A DNA stretch of 64,000 nucleotides from the NCBI GenBank assembly GCA_024403965.1, contig JAKSQU010000001.1:8957-72956 (forward strand), written 5' to 3'. Positions 49,539 through 59,180 of the stretch are shown in pieces (the stretch's first letter is position 1; every line of letters starts with the position of its first letter). The notes below the pieces were generated by a model, which was not told where the DNA came from, did no database searches, and worked only from the letters and a program-made list of their open reading frames with translations. The position numbers and the translations under genes are program-made. The stretch is from Ruminococcus sp. Its GTDB lineage: Bacteria; Bacillota; Clostridia; Oscillospirales; Ruminococcaceae.

Positions 49539-50902
49539 AAAGTATAAGACGCTGTCAGCATATTATCAGTCTGATTATTGTGCTTTTTATCATCGGCATG
49601 GCTGTTCTTGTATTAAAAATACAGCGTGAGGCATCATTTTATATGATGAACTCGGACCATCATGAGCTTGGATATGTTTATGACAGAAATGGTGATGTAC
49701 TCTTTGACGGAACAGGTGAGAATCAGTATCCGGAAAATTATTTTATTGATGTGGGTAATCTTATCGGTGATGATAAGGGGCAGATGACAAATACCCTTGT
49801 ATCAAAAAATATAGAAAAACTTAATAACTACAGTTTTACAGGCGGACTTATCAGCAATGGCGGACATGCATCAATATTTACAACAATTGACCACGAGGCA
49901 AATCGTGCAGTATATAATGCTTATGGTGCACAGAAAGGCTGTGTGACAGCGTACAACTACCTCACGGGTGAAATACTTGTTTCAACAAGTTTGCCGTCAA
50001 TTGACGTTACAAAAGGCTATGATGCTATCGAAACATTTGAATCAGGCACACTTATCTCAAAAACACTTTATGGTACTGTTCCTGGTTCAACTCAGAAGGT
50101 TTCAACTGTAATATCTGCTCTTGAAATAATGGGACAGGAAAGACTTTTTTCAAAAGCCTTTAACTGTGAAGGTCAGTATTTTAATCGTTCAGGTCTTAAT
50201 ATTGACTGCCATAACAGATATGGACACGGCTTGCAGAATATTCAGCAAGCTGTTGAGAACAGCTGTAATCCTTTCTTTGCACAGCTTATCGAAGACGATG
50301 ATATGCCACTTAACAGAGTGATTGACGCATACAGAAAACTTGGTTATGCTGTGAACGAAGAAGAAGTAAGCTATTTTGAGATTGACGGAATAGAATGTGA
50401 GAGAGCGTCCACAACGCTTACAGATTCATATGATTTTTCGACTCAGTGGGGATGTATCGGACAGGGTGAAACACTTGTAAGTCCTGTTCAGCTTATGATG
50501 TGGCAGAGTGCAATAGCAACCGGGACAGGAAGAATGACAATGCCGCATTTAATTGATCATTGTGTTGATGTAAATGGAAATGTTAAAGATTCAGCGAAGA
50601 TAGAATACAGCGAACAGTTGTTTTCTGTTGAAACTGCAAATACTATGAAACAGATTCTTCTTACAAATGGTGCAAATCATTACACATACTCAATAAGCGG
50701 TTATAATGTAGGTGTCAAGAGTGGTACAGCACAGGTTGATGATGGTGCAAATGAAAATTCACTTCTTGTAGGCTTTGTAGATGACCAGAACTTCCCTATT
50801 GCATTTTGTATTCTCATTGAGAAAAAGAATAACAGCTTTATAACAACAGAACAGATAACACAGATTCTTCTTGATAATCTCAGAAAAGATTTTACAATGT
50901 GA
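49535..50902 (+). CDS. Class B penicillin-binding protein (PbpA-like transpeptidase)
   Basis: SxxK (STQK), SxN (SCN) and KSGT motifs; N-terminal TM; overlaps the SEDS stop codon. Confidence 0.88.
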   Translation: MKSIRRCQHIISLIIVLFIIGMAVLVLKIQREASFYMMNSDHHELGYVYDRNGDVLFDGTGENQYPENYFIDVGNLIGDDKGQMTNTLVSKNIEKLNNYSFTGGLISNGGHASIFTTIDHEANRAVYNAYGAQKGCVTAYNYLTGEILVSTSLPSIDVTKGYDAIETFESGTLISKTLYGTVPGSTQKVSTVISALEIMGQERLFSKAFNCEGQYFNRSGLNIDCHNRYGHGLQNIQQAVENSCNPFFAQLIEDDDMPLNRVIDAYRKLGYAVNEEEVSYFEIDGIECERASTTLTDSYDFSTQWGCIGQGETLVSPVQLMMWQSAIATGTGRMTMPHLIDHCVDVNGNVKDSAKIEYSEQLFSVETANTMKQILLTNGANHYTYSISGYNVGVKSGTAQVDDGANENSLLVGFVDDQNFPIAFCILIEKKNNSFITTEQITQILLDNLRKDFTM

Positions 50903-51039
50903 AAATAAACAAAAAAAACAGAAATGCTTTGTATAAATCAACAAACTTTCACAAAAACTATTGTAAAAACGATAGTATAATGGTATAATATAACCATAAT
51001 ATTTATGCTTTGTTTTACAAAGCTTAAAGGAGGACTATT

Positions 51040-51567
51040 ATGAATACAACAATCTCAGCTAAGAAGATGCAGATTCCACAGAATTTCAAAGAATACGCAG
51101 AAGAAAGAATCGACTCACGACTCGGCAAGTTTTTCGGTGAAGACGCAGAGGCAAAAATTGTTCTCTCAGAAATGAAAAACCAGATAGTTCTTGAGCTTAC
51201 TGTTAAGTATAACAGTATTATTTTCCGTTCAGAGCGTAATGCAGAAGATAAGTTTGTTGCTCTTGATGATGCAATTGATAAAATTATCAGACAGATTCGC
51301 AAGAACAAGACAAAGGTTGAAAAGAAACTTAAGGATTCAGCTTTCAAGGAGGCATTTGCTTATCCTGTTCCTGAAACAGTTGATTATGAAGTAATTAAGC
51401 ATAAGAAATTCAAGATGCGCCCAATGGATATTGATGAAGCTATTCTTCAGATGAATCTTCTCGGACATTCATTCTTCATGTTCAGCAATGCAGAAACAGG
51501 TACAATAAACGTTGTATATAAACGTGATGACGGCAACTATGCTGTTCTTGAACCAGATAACGATTAA
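51040..51567 (+). CDS. hpf: Ribosome hibernation promoting factor (long HPF)
   Basis: RQIRKNKTK; PMDIDEAILQMNLLGHSF; VVYKRDDG. Confidence 0.93.
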   Translation: MNTTISAKKMQIPQNFKEYAEERIDSRLGKFFGEDAEAKIVLSEMKNQIVLELTVKYNSIIFRSERNAEDKFVALDDAIDKIIRQIRKNKTKVEKKLKDSAFKEAFAYPVPETVDYEVIKHKKFKMRPMDIDEAILQMNLLGHSFFMFSNAETGTINVVYKRDDGNYAVLEPDND

Positions 51568-51624
51568 TAACATTTAATTATGCGGAGCATTTGTGCTCCG
51601 CATAATTTTAGTCAGGAGAAAAAT

Positions 51625-52293
51625 ATGGATATTAATAAAAAATCAATAATAGAGAAACGTATAAAGAAAACAGGCGAAAATCTTGTAAAGAATAACATGG
51701 AGTTTCACTATGCTGAAACCAAGGAAGACGTATGTGATATTGTAAAGTCACTTATAAAAACAGGTGATGTAATTACAAATGGCGGTACAGTTTCCATGGC
51801 TGAATGCGGACTTTCAGATTTACTTTCATCATCAGAGTATAATTATCTTGATCGTTCAAAAATGTCACCTGAGGAAATTGCCGAGCTGTATATAAAAGCA
51901 TTTTCAGCTGATGTATATATTTCAAGTTCAAATGCGATTACTGAAGATGGTGTTCTGTATAACGTTGATGGAAACAGCAACAGAATTGCGGCTATAGCAT
52001 ACGGACCAAAGTCTGTAATTATCATTGCAGGATACAATAAAATTGTAAGAAATCTTGAAGAGGCAGAAATTCGTGTTAAACAAACAGCTGCTCCGGCTAA
52101 CTGTACACGTCTTAATTGTCAGACATACTGTAAGGAAACCGGTGAATGCATGTCACTTTCCAAGGCAGACAGACAAATGTCAGACGGATGCTCAAGTGAA
52201 AGCAGAATATGCTGTAATTATCTAATATCAGCACAGCAGCGTCATAAAAACAGAATTAAGGTAATAATTGTCGGTGAAGAATTAGGATATTAA
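51625..52293 (+). CDS. LUD-domain (lactate utilization/DUF1121-like) protein
   Basis: SSNAITEDG; NVDGNSNR; GP; NKIV; C-terminal Cys cluster. Confidence 0.8.
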   Translation: MDINKKSIIEKRIKKTGENLVKNNMEFHYAETKEDVCDIVKSLIKTGDVITNGGTVSMAECGLSDLLSSSEYNYLDRSKMSPEEIAELYIKAFSADVYISSSNAITEDGVLYNVDGNSNRIAAIAYGPKSVIIIAGYNKIVRNLEEAEIRVKQTAAPANCTRLNCQTYCKETGECMSLSKADRQMSDGCSSESRICCNYLISAQQRHKNRIKVIIVGEELGY

Positions 52294-52483
52294 TTGGCGA
52301 TACGCTTAAATTTGTTCTGGAATTCTTACTTTTTTATAAGCATACTAACGATTTATTGTATAAGACAATAAAATGTTTGACAAAGCATAATAATTGTGAT
52401 ATACTTATTTATGTGATAAGCTCACTTTAGCACACTACAGCTTAAAAGGTTTAAAGTGTCAAATTGAAAAGAGGAAAAATAAT

Positions 52484-53458
52484 ATGAAAGAAATATCAAA
52501 GCTTATGAATTACAGAACAGATGTAAAAGTGGTTGATGCCACACTTCGTGACGGAGGTCTTGTTAATAATTTCCGTTTCTCAGAAGAATTTGTAAGAGAT
52601 TTATATCTTGCTAATATTAAAGCGGGTGTAGATTACATGGAATTTGGTTACAGAGCAGACAAGGAAATGTTCGATGTTAATGAATTCGGTCCTTGCAAGT
52701 TCTGTGAAGATGATTATATTCGCTCAATCGTTGGCGAAAATCACACTGATCTTAAAATTGCTATTATGGCAGACGTTGGAAGATGCAACTATAAGAACGA
52801 TATTCAGAATCGTGTAGACAGCCCTGTTGACCTTATCAGAGTTGCTGCTTATATCAGCCAGATTCCTACTGCTATTGACATGATTGAAGATGCAAAGAAA
52901 AAGGGTTATGAAGTAAGCTGTAATATTATGGCTATTTCAAATGCACAGGAATCAGAAGTAAAGGTTGCTCTTGATCTTCTTGGCGAGTCCCCTGTTGATG
53001 TTTTCTACATCGTTGACAGCTTTGGTTCAATTTATCCTGAGCAGATGGCAAGAATTGCTGATACATATCTTAATGCTGCTGCAAAGTACGGCAAGAAGGT
53101 TGGTATTCATGCTCACAACAATCAGCAGCTTGCTTTTGCAAACACAATTGAGGCTGTTGGTGATGGTGTAGATTGGCTCGATGCTACATATTCTGCAATG
53201 GGACGTGGTGCAGGTAACTGTGCTATGGAACTTCTTCTCGGTTTCTTAAAGAATCCAAAGTACAATGTATATCCTGTATTCCAGTTCATTGACAAGCATA
53301 TGGATAAGCTTCGTCAGGAAGGTGCTGTTTGGGGTTATGATCTCCAGTATCTCCTTACAGGTCTTTTCAATCAGCACCCAAGAGCTGCTATTGAGTTCAC
53401 AAAGAACAAGAGAAGAGACTTTGCTAATTTCTACAAGGAAGTTTTATCACAGGAATAA
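52484..53458 (+). CDS. DRE-TIM metallolyase (4-hydroxy-2-oxovalerate aldolase-like catalytic domain)
   Basis: DATLRDGG; VDSFGS; HAHNN; GMGRGAGN-like AMGRGAGN. Confidence 0.8.
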   Translation: MKEISKLMNYRTDVKVVDATLRDGGLVNNFRFSEEFVRDLYLANIKAGVDYMEFGYRADKEMFDVNEFGPCKFCEDDYIRSIVGENHTDLKIAIMADVGRCNYKNDIQNRVDSPVDLIRVAAYISQIPTAIDMIEDAKKKGYEVSCNIMAISNAQESEVKVALDLLGESPVDVFYIVDSFGSIYPEQMARIADTYLNAAAKYGKKVGIHAHNNQQLAFANTIEAVGDGVDWLDATYSAMGRGAGNCAMELLLGFLKNPKYNVYPVFQFIDKHMDKLRQEGAVWGYDLQYLLTGLFNQHPRAAIEFTKNKRRDFANFYKEVLSQE

Positions 53459-53502
53459 TTATATAAAAAACTGCATCGGATTTAATCTGATGCAGTTTTT
53501 TA

Positions 53503-53611
53503 TTCGACATATTTCAGTTCAAATGCTACTATCTCGATGCATATTTGTTATTGTAAATCTCTGATTTATTTGATTATGACACTAAAATACGGTTTTCGAC
53601 AAATTGCGACA
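53503..53611. promoter_or_regulatory. Spo0A boxes upstream of the Spo0A-like gene
   Basis: TTCGACA (reverse complement of TGTCGAA) at 53503 and 53595; TGCGACA at 53605; promoter TTGCTT(53622)-17-TAAAAT. Confidence 0.65.
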
Positions 53612-53692
53612 AAAAGTTTACTTGCTTTTTTGTTTTTGATGTTGTAAAATAAAATTACAGTAGGAAAGTCAATTAAGGAGGAGAAAATAATT

Positions 53693-54457
53693 ATGGAAAT
53701 TAGTAGAATAAAAGTACTGATTGGAGACGACACAGCATCAAATGGTATACGACTTGCATCGCATCTCCGTGAAAAAGGCATTTATTCCTACACAAGAAAA
53801 CGTGATGAAAAGGTTATACTTAATGCAATACTTAAAGATAAGCCTGATATTGTAATAACCCCTTTGTCATATCCCGATTCTGATGCGGTTGTACTAATGA
53901 AAGAAGTTAATACTATGTCAAAGTATCAGCCGTCTTTTATCGTTGTTTCAGATGTGTATAACAGCTTTATTGAGCGTCAGCTTGCAGAAAACGGTGCAGC
54001 TTACTTTATCGCATCATCTTATGATTTAGAAACAATTGAATGCATTATCAGAAATATTTCCAGTAAGAGAGCCGAATCATGTGGTACAAACATTGAGGTT
54101 GCGGTTACTGATGTAATTCGTGAACTTGGTGTCCCTGCACATATTAAAGGATATCACTATCTCAGATGTGCGATTATGAATTCGATAAATGACTATCATC
54201 TTATGGATTGTGTTACAAAACAGCTTTATCCGTTTGTAGCAAAGCAGTATAACACAACGTCATCCAGAGTTGAAAGAGCGATTCGTCATGCTATTGAAAT
54301 TGCATGGGACAGAGGAAATGAAGAAGTAATCAATTCATATTTTGGCTACAGCATGACAAGCTATAAGGGCAGACCGACAAATTCAGAGTTTATTGCATTA
54401 ATAACAGACAGATTAAGACTTAAACTGAAAGCAGAATCTGAGATGAGAGTTAATTAA
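53693..54457 (+). CDS. Spo0A-like transcription factor with pseudo-receiver domain
   Basis: Spo0A C-domain [33 protein letters not shown]. The receiver phospho-Asp position is Pro and the conserved Lys is absent. Confidence 0.85.
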   Translation: MEISRIKVLIGDDTASNGIRLASHLREKGIYSYTRKRDEKVILNAILKDKPDIVITPLSYPDSDAVVLMKEVNTMSKYQPSFIVVSDVYNSFIERQLAENGAAYFIASSYDLETIECIIRNISSKRAESCGTNIEVAVTDVIRELGVPAHIKGYHYLRCAIMNSINDYHLMDCVTKQLYPFVAKQYNTTSSRVERAIRHAIEIAWDRGNEEVINSYFGYSMTSYKGRPTNSEFIALITDRLRLKLKAESEMRVN

Positions 54458-54530
54458 TTGCTGAAATAATAAAAAACGGCGTAGAAATTTAAAGGCTGAT
54501 GTACGTAAAAAAGTACATCAGCCTTTGGTT

Positions 54531-55031
54531 TTATATTTCAGCGAGAACTACTGTTCCCTTTTCAAGACTTTTCTGACAATCAATGTAACGTTGATTAGAA
54601 CTTCCTCTGAATTTAACTTCCCAGTCTTTAAGTTCTTCAACAAACTGACCATCTATGAGAATATCTGTTACAGAGAGTAAATCCCCCCAGCCGTTTTTAT
54701 CACGTTCAGCATATAGCTGTTCAAATGTGTAGCCTGTGTACGTAACAATATTAAGTCCGATTTTTTTTATCTGTCTTCCAAGTTCAGCAAGCTGTTCAGC
54801 CTGACAAAAAGGTTCACCGCCACTGAATGTTACACCATCAAGTAAAGGATTTCCTTTAATTTTTTCAAGTAGAAGACTTGTATCAGTTATCTCTCCCCCA
54901 TTGAAATCATGAGTCTGAGGATTGTGACAGCCTTTACAGTGATGAGGACATCCCTGTGTGAATACTGTAAATCTGAGTCCGTCGCCGTCAACGATTGAAT
55001 CGTTGACGGTTCCGGCAATTCTTAATTCCAT
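54531..55031 (-). CDS. nrdG: Anaerobic ribonucleotide reductase activase
   Basis: SIVDGDG; CPHHCKGCHN; SGGEP; RGSSNQ. Confidence 0.95.
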   Translation of the reverse strand: MELRIAGTVNDSIVDGDGLRFTVFTQGCPHHCKGCHNPQTHDFNGGEITDTSLLLEKIKGNPLLDGVTFSGGEPFCQAEQLAELGRQIKKIGLNIVTYTGYTFEQLYAERDKNGWGDLLSVTDILIDGQFVEELKDWEVKFRGSSNQRYIDCQKSLEKGTVVLAEI

Positions 55032-55040
55032 TATATCACC

Positions 55041-57359
55041 TTAAACGTTATGCTTTACACGGTCATGTTCCTCAGCACGCTTACCGTCATTAAAACGATC
55101 GAGTGTACCTACGAGATAACCTGTTATACGTCTTATTCTGTCAAATGAAATGTTGTTGCTATTGTCTTCACGTCCGCACTTAGGACAAGTACATCCGATA
55201 ATACCTGTGTATCCACAGCATGGATCACGGTCAACAGGATGATTGATTGCACCATATCCGATACCTGATTCCTTCATGCAGCGGACTAGCTTCTCGAATG
55301 CGCTGAGATTTTCGAGCGGATCACCATCAAGCTCAATGTAGCTGATATGACCTGCATTTGTAAGAGCATGGTATGGAGCTTCTATCTTAATCTTTTCAAA
55401 TGCACTGATTGGATAGTATACAGGAACATGGAAAGAGTTTGTATAGTAATCACGATCTGTAACACCTTCGATAATGCCGTACTTCTTTGCATCCATACGA
55501 ACAAAACGTCCTGAAAGACCTTCAGCAGGTGTAGCAAGCAGTGAGAAATTGAGACCGGTTCTCTTAGCTTCTTCATCAAGTCTGTTTCTCATAGCAGTAA
55601 TGATTTCTATACCAAGTTCACGTGCATCTTCATCTTCACCATGATGGTGACCGATAAGAGCCTTAAGTGCTTCAGCAAGTCCTATAAAGCCTACTGAAAG
55701 TGTGCCATGTTTAAGTATCTCTTCAACAGTATCATCTGCTGTGAGCTTTTCTGAGTCAATCCAGATACCCTGTCCCATAAGGAAAGGATAGTTTCTTACA
55801 CGTTTCTGACACTGGATATTGAAACGGTGCATAAGCTGATCTATTACTAATTCAACCTTTTCTTCGAGCATTTCAAAGAATAAGCCTACATTATGGTCAG
55901 CCTTGATTGCAATTCTCGGGAGATTGATAGATGTAAAGCTGAGATTACCTCTGCCTGTTACAATCTCTCTTGTAGGATCATAGTTGTTGCCGATTACTCT
56001 TGTACGGCATCCCATATAAGCAATTTCTGTATCGGGATTGCCCTCCTTGTAGTACTGGAGATTGTACGGAGCATCAATAAATGAGAAATTAGGGAAAAGT
56101 CTCTTTGCAGAAACCTTACAAGCAAGTTTAAATAAATCATAGTTCGGGTCATCAGGATTGTAGTTGATTCCCTCTTTGATTTTGAAGATGTGAATTGGGA
56201 AAATAGGAGTTTCACCATTTCCAAGTCCGGCCTCCTGTGCAAGAAGAACATTTTTTATAACCATTCTTCCCTCAGGAGATGTATCTGTACCATAGTTGAT
56301 TGAACTGAACGGAGTCTGTGCACCTGCACGGCTGTTCATAGTGTTAAGGTTATGTATAAGAGCTTCCATAGCCTGATATGTTGCTCTGTCAGTTTCCTTT
56401 ACAGCATTTCTTGTTGCAAATGCCTGGATTTTGTCAGCAGTTTCCTTATCAGTATATTTAAGAAGAAGTTCTGATTCCTTTTCTTTGTAACCGTTATTAT
56501 CAGCAAGAACAGGCTTTAAGTCGTATTTTTCAAGTAATTCTTTCTTAATGCTGTCAGCTGCGTCGAATTCGTTTTCAACACCGCCGATAAGAGAAAGTGC
56601 TCTTGCAATGTTCTGAATGTATCTTGAAGAATAAGTCTTCTTTACGCCTTCAGCCATAGCATAATCAAAGGTTGGTATACTCTGTCCGCCGTGCTGATCA
56701 TTCTGGTTAGACTGAATAGCAATACAAGCGAGTGCAGAATAACTGGAGATATCATTTGGTTCACGAAGATAACCATGACCTGTAGAGAAACCATTTGTAA
56801 ACAGCTTTATAAGGTCAATCTGTGAACAGGTTGTTGTAAGTGTGTAGAAATCAAGGTCGTGAATATGAATGTCACCATTTCTGTGAGCCTTTGCGTGTTC
56901 AGGCTTAAGAACGTACATCTCATAGTATTCCTTGGCTGAAACTGAACCATATTTGAGCATGGTTCCCATTGCAGTATCACCATCGATATTAGCATTTTCA
57001 CGCTTAATATCACTGTCCTTAGCATCACTGAATGTAAGTTCATTAAGAACACACATAAGCTTTGTTTTCATTTCACGTGAGCGTGTGCGCTCGTAACGGT
57101 AAAGAATATAAGCTTTTGCTGTTTTTGCATGACCTTTTTCAATGAGAGTTTTTTCTACGAGATCCTGAATTTCTTCAACCTTAGGAGTTTTTTTGGGATT
57201 TTCAGCCTCATAAAGCTTGCACACTTCGGCTGCAACCTCCATAGCAACATTGAAATCAGTGCCGCCGCACGACTGAGCAGCTCTGAAAATAGCATTAGCT
57301 ATTTTTTCAATGTTAAAAGGAACCTTACGACCGTCCCTTTTAATAATATGAATTATCAT
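55041..57359 (-). CDS. nrdD: Anaerobic (class III) ribonucleoside-triphosphate reductase
   Basis: ATP cone IKRDG; HIHDLD; MGCR; TPAE; YYTNS; RRITGYL glycyl-radical loop. Confidence 0.96.
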   Translation of the reverse strand: MIIHIIKRDGRKVPFNIEKIANAIFRAAQSCGGTDFNVAMEVAAEVCKLYEAENPKKTPKVEEIQDLVEKTLIEKGHAKTAKAYILYRYERTRSREMKTKLMCVLNELTFSDAKDSDIKRENANIDGDTAMGTMLKYGSVSAKEYYEMYVLKPEHAKAHRNGDIHIHDLDFYTLTTTCSQIDLIKLFTNGFSTGHGYLREPNDISSYSALACIAIQSNQNDQHGGQSIPTFDYAMAEGVKKTYSSRYIQNIARALSLIGGVENEFDAADSIKKELLEKYDLKPVLADNNGYKEKESELLLKYTDKETADKIQAFATRNAVKETDRATYQAMEALIHNLNTMNSRAGAQTPFSSINYGTDTSPEGRMVIKNVLLAQEAGLGNGETPIFPIHIFKIKEGINYNPDDPNYDLFKLACKVSAKRLFPNFSFIDAPYNLQYYKEGNPDTEIAYMGCRTRVIGNNYDPTREIVTGRGNLSFTSINLPRIAIKADHNVGLFFEMLEEKVELVIDQLMHRFNIQCQKRVRNYPFLMGQGIWIDSEKLTADDTVEEILKHGTLSVGFIGLAEALKALIGHHHGEDEDARELGIEIITAMRNRLDEEAKRTGLNFSLLATPAEGLSGRFVRMDAKKYGIIEGVTDRDYYTNSFHVPVYYPISAFEKIKIEAPYHALTNAGHISYIELDGDPLENLSAFEKLVRCMKESGIGYGAINHPVDRDPCCGYTGIIGCTCPKCGREDNSNNISFDRIRRITGYLVGTLDRFNDGKRAEEHDRVKHNV

Positions 57360-57376
57360 ACTTTGTAAATACCTCC

Positions 57377-57392
57377 AATCAATATATAGTGT
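57377..57392. promoter_or_regulatory. NrdR box (proximal)
   Basis: AATCAATATATAGTGT between the nrdD promoter (TTGACA-17-TATACT, 57416-57444 minus) and the RBS. Confidence 0.7.
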
Positions 57393-57564
57393 CTCCTTCT
57401 ATATGTTTCTATAATAGTATAAATCAAAATTCACTATTTGTCAATCGTGCATTTTGACAATGATTAGGTGATATTTGTGTTGAAATATAAGCGGTATTTA
57501 CATTTTTTGTTTTAAAAAATATGAAAAAAGCTATTTTTCGTTAAGTTTTCAACGTATGTTGAAA

Positions 57565-57602
57565 AAAGTTCTTCAACACAATATATTGTGTTGAAGAACT
57601 TT
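57565..57602. terminator. Perfect 38-bp palindrome: terminator of the upstream gene, centred on a perfect NrdR box
   Basis: AAAGTTCTTCAACACAATATATTGTGTTGAAGAACTTT; T tract on the minus strand. Confidence 0.65.
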
Positions 57603-57640
57603 GCGATTAACAAGATATGCTGTTACTGAAATATTAAGAA

Positions 57641-58507
57641 TTATTTAACAGTATGTGTCAGAATATAATCTGAAATCATTGAATAAGCTGTGCCGTTCAG
57701 TTTCGATGTTTCTTCATCGATATAAATCGGATCAAGTACACCTTCCTGATTTTTGAGAACTGTATTTGTATCTATACAGTAAACATCATTTGAATTTGCA
57801 AGTTTAAGGAGTTTTGAATTGTATTCATTGATAAGTTCATTTCTTGAATTATCTGTACCTTCAGCTTTTACAGGTAATAATTGCATAATATAAATGTTCA
57901 TATCAGGACGTGCTGAGTGAAGATTTTCTACAAGCTTTGAATAGCTTTCTATCATTTCATCAACAGGATCAGTTCCAATATCACTTCCAAGCATAATGTA
58001 AACATTATCAGGTTTTTTAATCTGAATTGTTTCATATGCATTTACAGTACCATAATTTGATGCTATTTTAGTTGAATTGCAGTTTAAAGCATTAAGAACT
58101 TCATTACCAATTATATCAGTAAATGGAGTGAAATTACCGATTTCAAGAAGTGTTGAATCAGTTATAAGACATGAACTGCTGTAATAATCTGAATCAGCAG
58201 CATCTGACTGTGGAACAGGATTTGTGATTTTTACTTTTGGAACTGTTGTTTCTTCTTCAGCATCTTCAACATCAGTATTTTCTTCTGTCTCCCCTGTCGT
58301 AGATTCAACTATTTCTGAATCTGAATTACCGAATTCTTTATCAAGAAAATCCGGATTCAGATTAGCAGTAACCATATATAATGCGAAAAATCCACCGAAA
58401 ACAAGAACACAAATCAGAATAAGTGTCCAGATACTGAATTTAACCTTTGGTCTTCCACGTTTTTTATTAGAAATTCTCTGTATATTTCTGTGTTTTGAAT
58501 TAGCCAT
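57641..58507 (-). CDS. Membrane-anchored SGNH/GDSL-like protein, catalytic residues degenerate
   Basis: TM plus acidic linker; blocks LITDS, MLGSD, INEYN; no DxxH. Confidence 0.65.
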   Translation of the reverse strand: MANSKHRNIQRISNKKRGRPKVKFSIWTLILICVLVFGGFFALYMVTANLNPDFLDKEFGNSDSEIVESTTGETEENTDVEDAEEETTVPKVKITNPVPQSDAADSDYYSSSCLITDSTLLEIGNFTPFTDIIGNEVLNALNCNSTKIASNYGTVNAYETIQIKKPDNVYIMLGSDIGTDPVDEMIESYSKLVENLHSARPDMNIYIMQLLPVKAEGTDNSRNELINEYNSKLLKLANSNDVYCIDTNTVLKNQEGVLDPIYIDEETSKLNGTAYSMISDYILTHTVK

Positions 58508-58770
58508 TATTAATTCTGACCCCTTTCAGATATGTCAATATATTAATTACATCATTTACCAATTCTGAAATGGTAATGAAATGTCGTAAAAAATCGAAAA
58601 TGCATTATAAAGATATTATACCGCATTTTTATGTTTTTTGCAAGTATTTTCAGATGTTTTTTTATTTTTATTTCTTTCTGTGATTTGCTATTGCATTATT
58701 TACCAAAATGAATTATAATATAAGTATAGGTAATGCGTTTTCCTTTAATCATGCATATGGAGGATTTTTT

Positions 58771-59133
58771 ATGATATGCGGCAGATGTGGAAATGAGATG
58801 CATCAGGGTGAATTTGCTATGGAAAAGGACGGAGTAGGACGTAAAGGTGCTTTTATCTATCCTGTTGCGGCTTTTTATAATGGCAAAGAAAAAATATGTG
58901 AGGCGGTTGGAGAATCAACACTTGGATATTACTGTGCTGAATGTGGTTTGCTTATAGGAGTATTTCCAATCACCTACCCTGTCGGATTTATTGGTAGGTA
59001 TGACAAAAATCTTGATGACAATATTGATGTACTGCCTAAGAAGAATTGTCCTGAGTGTGGTGCTGAGATTGATATTGATTATCCAAGATGTCCTGTATGC
59101 AATTATGATTATTTAAATCCACAAGAAGATTAA
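58771..59133 (+). CDS. Small zinc-ribbon protein (four CxxC motifs)
   Basis: CGRC, CAEC, CPEC, CPVC; GGAGG RBS. Confidence 0.7.
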   Translation: MICGRCGNEMHQGEFAMEKDGVGRKGAFIYPVAAFYNGKEKICEAVGESTLGYYCAECGLLIGVFPITYPVGFIGRYDKNLDDNIDVLPKKNCPECGAEIDIDYPRCPVCNYDYLNPQED

Positions 59134-59180
59134 TATGCTTGAAATACAGCTTTTAATAATATTAAACGGAGGTTTTAGAA

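Noticed and set aside
50903-51039. raiA-motif RNA upstream of hpf
   Set aside because: The promoter is ~50 nt from the start codon, leaving no room for the RNA.
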